From the IMG/VR virus record IMGVR_UViG_3300040734_000049, positions 1 through 42,106 of that record: 42,106 nt of DNA, one strand, 5' to 3'. The translations under genes and the position numbers were made by a program. Shown in pieces: positions 1 to 8,111 of this stretch (positions within the stretch are counted from its first letter, which is position 1; every line of letters starts with the position of its first letter). The notes beneath the pieces are model-generated. The model had not been told where the DNA came from. It did no database searches and saw only the letters and a program-made list of their open reading frames with translations. The stretch is from a virus (Duplodnaviria; Caudoviricetes).

Positions 1-13
1 TCATTTAAGGTAG

Positions 14-55
14 TCGGTCTGCAGGGACTCGAACCCTGGACCCGCTGATTAAGAG
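14..55 (-). other. att core: 3' half of tRNA-Lys(CTT), from anticodon loop to discriminator
   Basis: Minus strand reads CTCTTAA-TCAGC-GGGTC-CAGGG-TTCGAGT-CCCTG-CAGACCG-A. Upstream is TATGC rather than the GCTGA needed for the anticodon stem, and there is no D-arm, so it is not a full tRNA. Confidence 0.85.
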
Positions 56-144
56 GCATAGGTTCCTTCTAAGCTTATCAACACATTTAGTGTTCATTGC
101 AGAAAGTCCATATCAACTTCGATAAACATAGGATAGTTGTTGGC

Positions 145-176
145 AAAAAAAGAACCCCCAGGGGCGGCGGGGGCTC
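145..176 (-). terminator. Intrinsic terminator
   Basis: Minus strand GAGCCCCC-GCCGCCCCT-GGGGGTTC followed by T7. Confidence 0.75.
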
Positions 177-304
177 ATTCATGAACGCATAGACAGAAAG
201 TATATGTGAAGGCCAGTATAAGGACAAAGATAGGGCTTTATGAGACCAATGAATGTCCATCACGATCAGGATATAGGAATAAATATCAACAAAAGTCTTC
301 CAAA

Positions 305-925
305 TTATGCAACCGGCTTCTCGCTGAACTGTCTCATTGCAGAAGTTTCAGGTAACATAGGAATAGCATAGGTAGAGGATCTCATTTTTTTGTATGCTAG
401 CCTAACCGGAGGTATCCGAATAAAATCTAAATATGTAAACTGAAATACGTTCTTGGATGCCCTTTTTAACCGAGAGATTTTACCAAGAACAAATCCAATG
501 AGCGAGATTAACCACTTAACTGCTCTCCTAGCAATGAAATGCTTCTTATAAAAGTAAGTTACTAATAAATTCATATACTCATCGTAAATCTCCTTCGCCA
601 AGGGATTACTCTTAAGAGTATTGCTAACAGTTAGCTTAAAATTGTTAAAGTCTGCAGTTCGCTTGTATTTTTGATATAAGAAGACAGTAATACCTATGTG
701 CAACTTATCAAGTTGAGAAATAGTTCTAGATAAGGTCTTGTCTAGATATTCGAATATCCATTCACTCTTATCAAGCTTATTGTCGATAGCAAAATGCCTA
801 GTTTTATCTCGTAACTTATAAAGTCTCATCCGATATTCACAGGACAATCTGCTATAATACATGTTTCGGAAGACCCAGTAAACCGAAAACAAGATCAATA
901 AACCAATCAATACATTGTAATTCAT
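305..925 (-). CDS. Hypothetical membrane-anchored protein (AT-rich moron)
   Basis: 206-aa ORF with N-terminal hydrophobic helix, basic, AT-rich; 4-nt gap to the upstream gene. Confidence 0.7.
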   Translation of the reverse strand: MNYNVLIGLLILFSVYWVFRNMYYSRLSCEYRMRLYKLRDKTRHFAIDNKLDKSEWIFEYLDKTLSRTISQLDKLHIGITVFLYQKYKRTADFNNFKLTVSNTLKSNPLAKEIYDEYMNLLVTYFYKKHFIARRAVKWLISLIGFVLGKISRLKRASKNVFQFTYLDFIRIPPVRLAYKKMRSSTYAIPMLPETSAMRQFSEKPVA

Positions 926-929
926 GATA

Positions 930-1298
930 TTATTTTGAGCTGCTCAGTGGTCCATCTATAAGTCTATTCTGTAGGCTTCTTTTTTCTTCAACCGCCTCAT
1001 CCAGCCTCTCCATATAAAATGATACCTTGTTCCTGTAATGATAATTATGGAATATAAGGACTACAAACTGAAGTAAATTGAATCCCAATAGTATGTTAAT
1101 ACTCATTGGACTTTTGAAAAGTAACCACATATCAATAATTTCCTTTTTCTGGCTTGCATCAGGGACAATCCAAATGAAAACAGCACAAAGTATCACAATA
1201 AAACCTACTGCGCCAACTTTATTCATTAGATTTCCCAACAATTCTAGCAAAGCATCTATCGAAAGTACTTGCTTGGGGGTACGGCGTTTCACCATCAT
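930..1298 (-). CDS. Hypothetical two-TM membrane protein with C-terminal coiled coil
   Basis: 122-aa ORF with two hydrophobic segments then MERLDEAVEEKRSLQNRL. Confidence 0.7.
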   Translation of the reverse strand: MMVKRRTPKQVLSIDALLELLGNLMNKVGAVGFIVILCAVFIWIVPDASQKKEIIDMWLLFKSPMSINILLGFNLLQFVVLIFHNYHYRNKVSFYMERLDEAVEEKRSLQNRLIDGPLSSSK

Positions 1299-1478
1299 AC
1301 GAATTACGGTTAAAAGATAGCAAATAATTTAACTGACAGAAAAGCAATTTATTAACAAAAGTAAAAAAACTTTTAAATATCAAATATAGAACGTAAAAAA
1401 GTTACATCTGCTGCTTTCACCTATATATTTGTTCATAGCCCACAAAACAACTAAATCTATAACCTTCCTCGATCATAG

Positions 1479-1931
1479 CTACTTATGCCTCCAATCCCAT
1501 GGTGTCATCGGAGCATCCATTGCCCAAAGACCAATCCCTTTTTCTCTCGCTTCAGTTTCTATCCTTGCCAGCTCGGGATCCTTGTTATACTTCTTAAAAT
1601 GCCAGGCCATTCCAAGCCTTAGGAGCTCCTTGTTTACGCAGAGGTCTCCAACATATACATAGCCGAGAGTTCGACCATAGAGATCCTCACCTGTTTTCTC
1701 AATTGTGACATCCTTCTGAAAGCAAAGGTCAACGGTAACCTCCTTGGCTCGGGATCCAAATTCCTGGCCCGATTCGGGGCAATCAATACCCTCAAGGCGA
1801 ATCTTCACCTGTTGATTTTTCTCGGTCAGTACAACGATAGTATCGCCATCAGTAACGCCAATCACCCTGGCCTTGAAGGATTCTTCGCCCTGAAGGGCCA
1901 GAAATAGTATTAAAACAATCAACCGGTACAA
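1479..1931 (-). CDS. Thermonuclease (SNase-like) family nuclease with N-terminal signal or anchor
   Basis: Motifs VTDGDT, IRLEGIDCPE, DLYGRTLG, LLRLGMAW, AREKGIGLW. Confidence 0.93.
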   Translation of the reverse strand: MYRLIVLILFLALQGEESFKARVIGVTDGDTIVVLTEKNQQVKIRLEGIDCPESGQEFGSRAKEVTVDLCFQKDVTIEKTGEDLYGRTLGYVYVGDLCVNKELLRLGMAWHFKKYNKDPELARIETEAREKGIGLWAMDAPMTPWDWRHK

Positions 1932-1935
1932 TGAA

Positions 1936-2493
1936 TCAATTCTTTACGTAGACCTTGTTTCCCTTGCTGTTGATATAATATTTTCCTCCCCTGGGTCCTG
2001 TGTAGATTGTTCTGCCTGAAGAGCTACTGCTTGAGCTAGATGATGAAGAAACAGAAGACTTCGTACTACCTGATGGCTCGTAAGTGGACTTATGCTGCCA
2101 GCAATAATTTGATCCCGGATCTGCCGACCTGCTACACTGAGTGCCCTTAGCGGTTATTGCTTGACACCTGCCAGGTGTGCTGGAGGTACTTGATGTCAAA
2201 TTCTGCTTCTGGGTTGTGCCCGCTTGGGATGCACCTACAGGCATGGCAGCTGCCGAGCCCTGAGTAGCCTTTAACCTCTCCACTTCATTTCTGAGAGTCT
2301 GATTTTCATTTTTAAGGTCCACAATTTGCTCCTTAAGTTCAAGGATCTCTGTCTTGAACTTGATCTGCTCTTCCTGGAGGGCCATTTTCTCGTCTACGAG
2401 CGTGACCAATCTTTGCTGCAGTTCAGCCTTGGTTTGTGCCAGAAGCACTTGACCAATAGCTAGGAAAACAATCAATGAAAGATACTTTTTCAT
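1936..2493 (-). CDS. Secreted protein with coiled coil, Cys/His module (DUF5763-like) and C-terminal basic adaptor motif
   Basis: Signal peptide LLA|Q; CQAITAKGTQCSR..YCWQH; TGPRGGKYYINSKGNKVYV. Confidence 0.8.
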   Translation of the reverse strand: MKKYLSLIVFLAIGQVLLAQTKAELQQRLVTLVDEKMALQEEQIKFKTEILELKEQIVDLKNENQTLRNEVERLKATQGSAAAMPVGASQAGTTQKQNLTSSTSSTPGRCQAITAKGTQCSRSADPGSNYCWQHKSTYEPSGSTKSSVSSSSSSSSSSSGRTIYTGPRGGKYYINSKGNKVYVKN

Positions 2494-2772
2494 GCCTACC
2501 AGTGTTAGTTAGACAAATCTTAAATAAAGGGTCATTTCTCAGACAGCTGTAAATTTATGAAGACCATCAATACGAGTCAAGAAAATTTACCTGTAATTAT
2601 CTACAGAATAAGCTAGTTAGTCAAAATGAAAATATGGCAGACTCATTCGCTCTTTGGCTTAGTTATCCGGTATACTACAAATGAAACGATCAGGAACACT
2701 AGAATTTTTACCCAGATTGCCACGGGTGTCCTCGTAATTAGGTAGCTGGAAATATAAGAATTCTGGGTGGAA

Positions 2773-3318
2773 TTATTTAATTCTTAAAATCTGAGAATAT
2801 TCCCTATTCTTAACATCCTTTAAGGTAAGCCGGTACTCCTTTGCTGATATAATTTCGTCAGGAGTCACCAAATTTGTACCAATACGACCGTATAGAAAAA
2901 CATCAATATTTTCACCATACGGAATTAATTGGTTATTAAGATAATAATCAGAAATGTTTAAAGTCCGGATCATGGTTAAGCACCTTTTATCAGGTATTTT
3001 TTCGAGCGTTTGGCTTGGATAAATGCCAAGTCGTAATTTTTCCCATTTACCACTAATGTTTACTTCAATTTCAGGGTTAGCATGTCGTTTGAAATTAGAG
3101 TGACCCTTATTCCCGATAGTGAAAATAATCAATGCATAACTATAGGGTTGACCATCGAAATCTACCCCGCCAGTCCAAGAATTTCTTAATAAAAAACTCA
3201 GCTTAGGTTTTTCGTTAATCCACTTGCATACATTAATAATCCCGGGTATCCCCCCGATAAGCGCAATAAATGCAGCTACGGCAGCAATTACGATTGAAGT
3301 GTTACTCATGTCAGCCAT
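2773..3318 (-). CDS. Hypothetical N-terminally membrane-anchored protein (moron)
   Basis: 181-aa AT-rich ORF with N-terminal TM and a beta-rich remainder; has its own promoter-like element. Confidence 0.7.
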   Translation of the reverse strand: MADMSNTSIVIAAVAAFIALIGGIPGIINVCKWINEKPKLSFLLRNSWTGGVDFDGQPYSYALIIFTIGNKGHSNFKRHANPEIEVNISGKWEKLRLGIYPSQTLEKIPDKRCLTMIRTLNISDYYLNNQLIPYGENIDVFLYGRIGTNLVTPDEIISAKEYRLTLKDVKNREYSQILRIK

Positions 3319-3352
3319 GTAAAATACGTAGTCAACTATCTTGCAGATTAAC

Positions 3353-3360
3353 CAAAGGTA
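3353..3360 (-). promoter_or_regulatory. Bacteroidota -7 promoter element
   Basis: TACCTTTG matches TAnnTTTG, about 35 nt upstream of the 181-aa gene. Confidence 0.5.
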
Positions 3361-3499
3361 AGCAGATTTAAATAAATTGCTACATCCTAGTAACGTATTT
3401 AAAAAATGGGCAGATCCGAGGAAAATGAATAATCTACTGTCGGAATTACAGCGGAACCGTCATAGCGAACATTGCCAATGCTTGCTGATCCTTCCTATA

Positions 3500-5404
3500 T
3501 TATATGTCTATTACGTTACCAATTGTTGTACCAGGAGAGCTTCTTCTATAAATTGTTGATCCATCAACCCCCTGGTAGTCTGCAACAGAATTGTTTTCTG
3601 CCACACAGCTCTCACAAACAACGTTCTCCTGGGCCAGAGCCTGAACGCCTCCTTCAGCTGAGAATCCTACCTGGCATCCGTGAGCATAACATCTCCTGAG
3701 GGTAATATCTTTATTGGTCCAACCAGGCGAACCAGGCGACCATACTTCAAAACCATGCACAACACCTTCGGCTTCGCAGTCTTCTAACAAACCGTTGCGA
3801 CATTCTCCATACATTTCGAATCCATCACAAGATGAAGATCCTGTTGACGGACCAGCCTTGCTTCTTCGTACTAAAAAATTTACACACTTATCAAAGTGGG
3901 TGCTGTCAAAATAGCCTGCCGATCCTGTACTTCTGAAGGTGCAGTCTTCGTGTATAAAATCACGACATCCAATCAGGTTGTGCGAGTGAACAGTCTGATT
4001 AAGGAAATTAAGTTGATACATCGCCCAGAATCTTCCCCAGTTGCTTATGATGCCCTCGGCGCCGCCCACTATCGTGGCACCATTACCTCTGATTTCGGTC
4101 CAGGTAATGAAATGACCATTAGGGAAGTTTTGAATAGCGGTCGCACCCGCTGCGATATTATACGTTCCTCCGGCGGCAAAGCTCAATATATCACCTCCGT
4201 TCATAGTGGCTATAAGAGAAGCTATCTCAGCGGCTGTAGCACCATTTGGCACATTGACTGTTTTTCTTGTCCGGGAATCGGGCCGGTACGGGTTATTAAA
4301 GGACGTCAGAATAGTCCTGGCTGCACCTGTAATGTAGAAAGGATATACCTGGAGACGCGATGCAGATGTGAAGCCATCAACCTTTACACCTTTAGTGTGT
4401 AGCTGAAATCCACAGACACTGAAGCCACTTCCGACACCAGTAGAGTCGACACCTCCGTAAAATCTATCTTTAAAATAACGTAAATAGAGCGGATATGCTG
4501 TGCCGACATTGAATGTTGCAGATAAATTACTGCTAATTTGCGTTTCCACACCAGCCCACCTTCTGAATAGTTGAATGATATTTGATGCCTGTGTGCAACG
4601 CATAATCATACAGTTGTTATCATCCTCCCAGCGAAACCTGATGTTAAGTACTTCTCCTGAAGCCGGAGTCCACACAAATGAGATGTATCCATCTTCTGAT
4701 CCCTCAACGGTTATTCCGTTTGTTGGGCTTGAGGTGGAATAGAGCGCAAGTGATGTTGGAGTATCATAAGGCGCAGGCAATTGAGCAACTCGGGCAAAGT
4801 CAAGTCTAAACTGTTGAGTGTAGTTGGCAAAACCTAAATACCCTGTGACAGAGCTTTCGGTATGATCAACATGCACCAGCATGTCATTTATAATAAACAA
4901 TAGTCCGGCAGCCCTTTGAACGATTGTATAAATATTCTCATTCACCAAATTAACAAGAGGAGCATCAGTTATACCTCTACGCCATCCACCGGCAGCTGTC
5001 ATTATTTGAATGCCGTAAGCATCTCTGTATACCATGGCATTACCACCATAGGCTCCGCTGGCTGCAGATTTGAAACCGATGAAGAATCCATTATCGAAGG
5101 CTATATGCTTAACTAGCGCAGTCAGAGCCATTCCCGTAGCTCTTGTTATTGGAGTGGCGCAATATGCGCTAAGATCTCCGTATGCTGGAGTAGCCTGAGC
5201 AGGCACAACTAGTTTGCCATCCGAAATACTCATTTGGCCATCTGTCTGAACAAGGGTCAACGTGTCCCCATCAGGCTCCATTGTTCGTGGAGAAGCCACA
5301 GGAGCAGCATCATCTGTAATAAATTCATCCCTGATGATATAATCAGGCTGCCATTCTCTTTTGGTTGCTGATATGGCCGCTGCTATGCCATTTAAAAGTC
5401 CCAT
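3500..5404 (-). CDS. Putative tail spike or receptor-binding protein with C-terminal right-handed beta-helix (pectin-lyase-like)
   Basis: 634 aa; C-terminal repeats such as FIHEDCTF, LLEDCEAE, TLRRCYAH, VCESCVAE are typical of a parallel beta-helix. Confidence 0.6.
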   Translation of the reverse strand: MGLLNGIAAAISATKREWQPDYIIRDEFITDDAAPVASPRTMEPDGDTLTLVQTDGQMSISDGKLVVPAQATPAYGDLSAYCATPITRATGMALTALVKHIAFDNGFFIGFKSAASGAYGGNAMVYRDAYGIQIMTAAGGWRRGITDAPLVNLVNENIYTIVQRAAGLLFIINDMLVHVDHTESSVTGYLGFANYTQQFRLDFARVAQLPAPYDTPTSLALYSTSSPTNGITVEGSEDGYISFVWTPASGEVLNIRFRWEDDNNCMIMRCTQASNIIQLFRRWAGVETQISSNLSATFNVGTAYPLYLRYFKDRFYGGVDSTGVGSGFSVCGFQLHTKGVKVDGFTSASRLQVYPFYITGAARTILTSFNNPYRPDSRTRKTVNVPNGATAAEIASLIATMNGGDILSFAAGGTYNIAAGATAIQNFPNGHFITWTEIRGNGATIVGGAEGIISNWGRFWAMYQLNFLNQTVHSHNLIGCRDFIHEDCTFRSTGSAGYFDSTHFDKCVNFLVRRSKAGPSTGSSSCDGFEMYGECRNGLLEDCEAEGVVHGFEVWSPGSPGWTNKDITLRRCYAHGCQVGFSAEGGVQALAQENVVCESCVAENNSVADYQGVDGSTIYRRSSPGTTIGNVIDI

Positions 5405-5423
5405 TGCTAGTTCCTCCTATCTT

Positions 5424-5849
5424 TTATCCATTTCTTCGGACTAATTCAAAATGATAGAGATCGTTGAACTTATTGTCTCTGATATCTCCATCCTGGTCCC
5501 AGTCACCTCCCCACCTTAAAGTGATGCCGAGTTCTGAAGCACAAGCGGCCATGACCCCGGCGACAATACACTGCATCTTTTCACTCTGTGCTGCCGTCCC
5601 TCCAACATACACCTGGAGATCTACAGCCTCGCCAAACTGATGCTTAGATAGCTTTTCATAACCGTCACACTTGGAATAGTCATCCTTGAAAACCTGGTTC
5701 TGCTCTTCAGGTGTTCGTAACCCTCCCTGCCATGCTACTCCAAAATCAACCGGAGTACGCTTGATTGCAAGATGGACGACCTTAACAAGGTCCTCCTCTA
5801 CTCCCTCTAATCTTTTCAGGCTCCGCTCAGACAATGTGTATTTGCTCAT
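5424..5849 (-). CDS. Endolysin, M15 family (L-Ala-D-Glu type) peptidase
   Basis: LSERSLKRLEGV, GLRTPEEQ, SKH..GEAVD, RWGGDW, DLYHFEL. Confidence 0.92.
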   Translation of the reverse strand: MSKYTLSERSLKRLEGVEEDLVKVVHLAIKRTPVDFGVAWQGGLRTPEEQNQVFKDDYSKCDGYEKLSKHQFGEAVDLQVYVGGTAAQSEKMQCIVAGVMAACASELGITLRWGGDWDQDGDIRDNKFNDLYHFELVRRNG

Positions 5850-5922
5850 ATCATGCTTTCTTAAAACGCACTCCGGATTGACAATCTAACCCAAATCAGA
5901 AATTAACCAGTCGCAAAAGAGA

Positions 5923-6795
5923 TCATTCTGTGAGATTGAACAGGTCAACGGTTATGCCTCCAAGGAATGATAGTCCCTGAGCTGCCGGTAGCCCGAAATC
6001 GTAATTAAATCCTAGTCGGAAAACAGAATAACCACCAAGTACCGCGAATCCGTATCGGCCACCTTCGATGTAGGGCACCGTTACTCCTCCGCCAACTCCC
6101 CAGTCTCTCATTCCATCAGGTTTCACATGGGTAAATAAGAAGCCTCCGAAGAGCTTTGAGAAATCTCTGCCCTCAGTGCCTATCACCTTGCCAGTCTCAT
6201 CGGTTTTAAGTCCGATTGCCGGGCAGGTAAGGCCGACATCCCACCGTACCAGCCAGGTACCGGTAAGAGGTGCCTTAGCATTTCCCTCAATAAGTTGTGG
6301 AGTGATTTCGTGGAAGAATCCCTTAAATGGTGACTGCGCATATGATCCAATGCCCACCATAAGAAGTAAGGTAATAACCGCTGCGGATCTCTTCAATGCT
6401 CTCGAGGCAGATGGGGAGATGAATACCCTGACCTTTGCGGTTGAATGCTGAGGTGCAAAGAAGGTCGTACCGATGTAGGTAAATGCTGACGACAGGACCA
6501 CTTTCCAGACCACTGCCCAGATAATTGTTCCTTCGACAAGGTAAAGACCCACCGATTCAATTATGCCTGTTCCCAGGGCAATTAATAGGCCAGAGGCAAG
6601 ATTTATCAGGCTCAGGGCTCCGGCCGGAGAGTCGGAATGAAGAACAGCAATAAGGTTCTTTCCGGAGTAACTTAGAGTAATACTGACCGCTGTCACAGCG
6701 AGCAGTAGATAATCAACAGGCTGCTGGCCAAATGCCGTCACAACGGCGGTAACCAGCAGCATGAAAAGTCCTTTGAAAAACTGTTGTGTTGTCAT
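5923..6795 (-). CDS. Holin-like multi-TM protein with internal signal peptide and beta-strand-rich C-terminal domain
   Basis: Four hydrophobic segments in aa 6-113; KRSAAVITLLLMVGIGSYA|Q at aa 135-154; adjacent to the endolysin. Confidence 0.55.
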   Translation of the reverse strand: MTTQQFFKGLFMLLVTAVVTAFGQQPVDYLLLAVTAVSITLSYSGKNLIAVLHSDSPAGALSLINLASGLLIALGTGIIESVGLYLVEGTIIWAVVWKVVLSSAFTYIGTTFFAPQHSTAKVRVFISPSASRALKRSAAVITLLLMVGIGSYAQSPFKGFFHEITPQLIEGNAKAPLTGTWLVRWDVGLTCPAIGLKTDETGKVIGTEGRDFSKLFGGFLFTHVKPDGMRDWGVGGGVTVPYIEGGRYGFAVLGGYSVFRLGFNYDFGLPAAQGLSFLGGITVDLFNLTE

Positions 6796-6827
6796 GTTAA
6801 ACTGTTTTTGTTAGTATATAAAGGCTG

Positions 6828-7631
6828 TCATGCAGCCACCTGTAAAGCTTCTCTTATCTCATCATCAATCACTACCCTGTCACGCATCACCAAAGCTTCA
6901 TCTCTTCCGTCCGGTTCATCACCGTTAAGATCTTCGACTGTGGTACCATGGGAGGATACGTCGATAACCCTGACATTACCTTCAAATACCAGCCTGTCCT
7001 TCAGTTCCTCTGGACCGTCAAGAGTAGGCACCTGGCTAAACCCGAGGGCAAATAGCAGGCGTTTCGTGGCCTCAAACCACTGCCGGTAGGTGATACCCTT
7101 TTTGAGAGTTTTGATCAGGCAGTAATGAAGTGCACCGTTTGCCCGACCATCAAAGACAGCATCAGCTGCAGTCTGATTAGAAAGACAAGCGGAGATAACA
7201 AGTACCTTATCGTACTCATGACCCTTGAGGATCGGCTTGACGATTCTGGGATAGACGGGGGCAAATTCTGGGGGGTGGAACCGGCACCCAAGTACATGAG
7301 ATTTTACACCATTGCGGGTATTGCTTTCTGAGAAGCAGTTGTCCATTAAAAACAGGAGCATCCCGTCATCTGGGGTCCCGGTTGCAGCGTCTCTTATTTC
7401 ACTGAGTAACCTGTCGCCAGTCGCAGTTTTGTCCTTGAATTCCCGGAATGCAAAATCAGGCCACAACGATAGAATGGCCTTCCTGATGTCCACCTGGTCA
7501 TTCGGGGGGCCGGCCAGATCATTAGCCGTTCCAGCATAGTCACCTACTACAATAGTGCTAACTGTCCGGTTCGTGAATAGCTGAATTATCAGCTCCTGCT
7601 TCTTATTTCGAAATATGTTACTCATGCACAT
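6828..7631 (-). CDS. Caspase/metacaspase (peptidase C14) family protein with rearranged motif order
   Basis: DYAGTANDLAG..ND, MDNCFS, ISACLSNQTAADA, FSQVPTL, then SSHGT..DLNGDEPDGRDEA..IDDEI. Confidence 0.85.
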   Translation of the reverse strand: MCMSNIFRNKKQELIIQLFTNRTVSTIVVGDYAGTANDLAGPPNDQVDIRKAILSLWPDFAFREFKDKTATGDRLLSEIRDAATGTPDDGMLLFLMDNCFSESNTRNGVKSHVLGCRFHPPEFAPVYPRIVKPILKGHEYDKVLVISACLSNQTAADAVFDGRANGALHYCLIKTLKKGITYRQWFEATKRLLFALGFSQVPTLDGPEELKDRLVFEGNVRVIDVSSHGTTVEDLNGDEPDGRDEALVMRDRVVIDDEIREALQVAA

Positions 7632-7809
7632 CTTTACGATCGTATTTGTTGAGTTTTTTTAAGGTCAGTTTTATACTGAGGATAAGTCCTATACAGCCAA
7701 GAATCACAAAAGCCAAGTCAAACAACTCCTTGCATTTATCAAGAAGCCCAATGGCTCCAATAAACATGCTGGATATATATCCTGTCCAGTTCTTAATCAT
7801 TTCAATCAT
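7618..7809 (-). CDS. Small two-TM protein, possible holin or antiholin
   Basis: 63 aa with two hydrophobic segments and a basic C-terminus; overlaps the caspase start. Confidence 0.55.
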   Translation of the reverse strand: MIEMIKNWTGYISSMFIGAIGLLDKCKELFDLAFVILGCIGLILSIKLTLKKLNKYDRKDVHE

Positions 7810-7828
7810 AACCCTTATTTATTGCGTT

Positions 7829-8110
7829 TTACATCCAGGGCATTAGCTCCGCCACCTTCGGGAGAAAGAGCCAGACAATTGCTGCAGTAAAATCTATGGT
7901 CAGATCCCCGGCATCGATGCTTTCGTTATCATGGTACTTATCCCATAGTTCCTTTCCAATACCCACCATGCAAGCGAATGTAAAGGCAATCAATGCAGGG
8001 ATTATCGGACCCCAATAAGGGTCGCTGCCGATTATGTCCGGCAGAAAAGTATAGATCAACTGGGCCACAAGGAATGTTACCGTGAAGTGAAGTATGATCT
8101 TAATATTCAT
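7829..8110 (-). CDS. Small membrane protein with H...GKELWD...DL..D motif
   Basis: Start reassigned to MNIKIILHF (8110), directly after the upstream stop; three hydrophobic segments. Confidence 0.65.
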   Translation of the reverse strand: MNIKIILHFTVTFLVAQLIYTFLPDIIGSDPYWGPIIPALIAFTFACMVGIGKELWDKYHDNESIDAGDLTIDFTAAIVWLFLPKVAELMPWM

Positions 8111-8111
8111 A

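Noticed and set aside
14-55. Possible functional tRNA-Lys gene
   Set aside because: The 5' acceptor strand, D-arm and 5' anticodon stem are missing, so it is treated as an att fragment
76-290. TATCAAC repeated at 76, 111 and 284 as integrase arm sites
   Set aside because: A 7-mer in AT-rich DNA; it cannot be told from chance without the other att end
1289-1307. Partial match GAATTACGGT to the 19-bp operator
   Set aside because: Only about half of the motif matches and the flanks diverge
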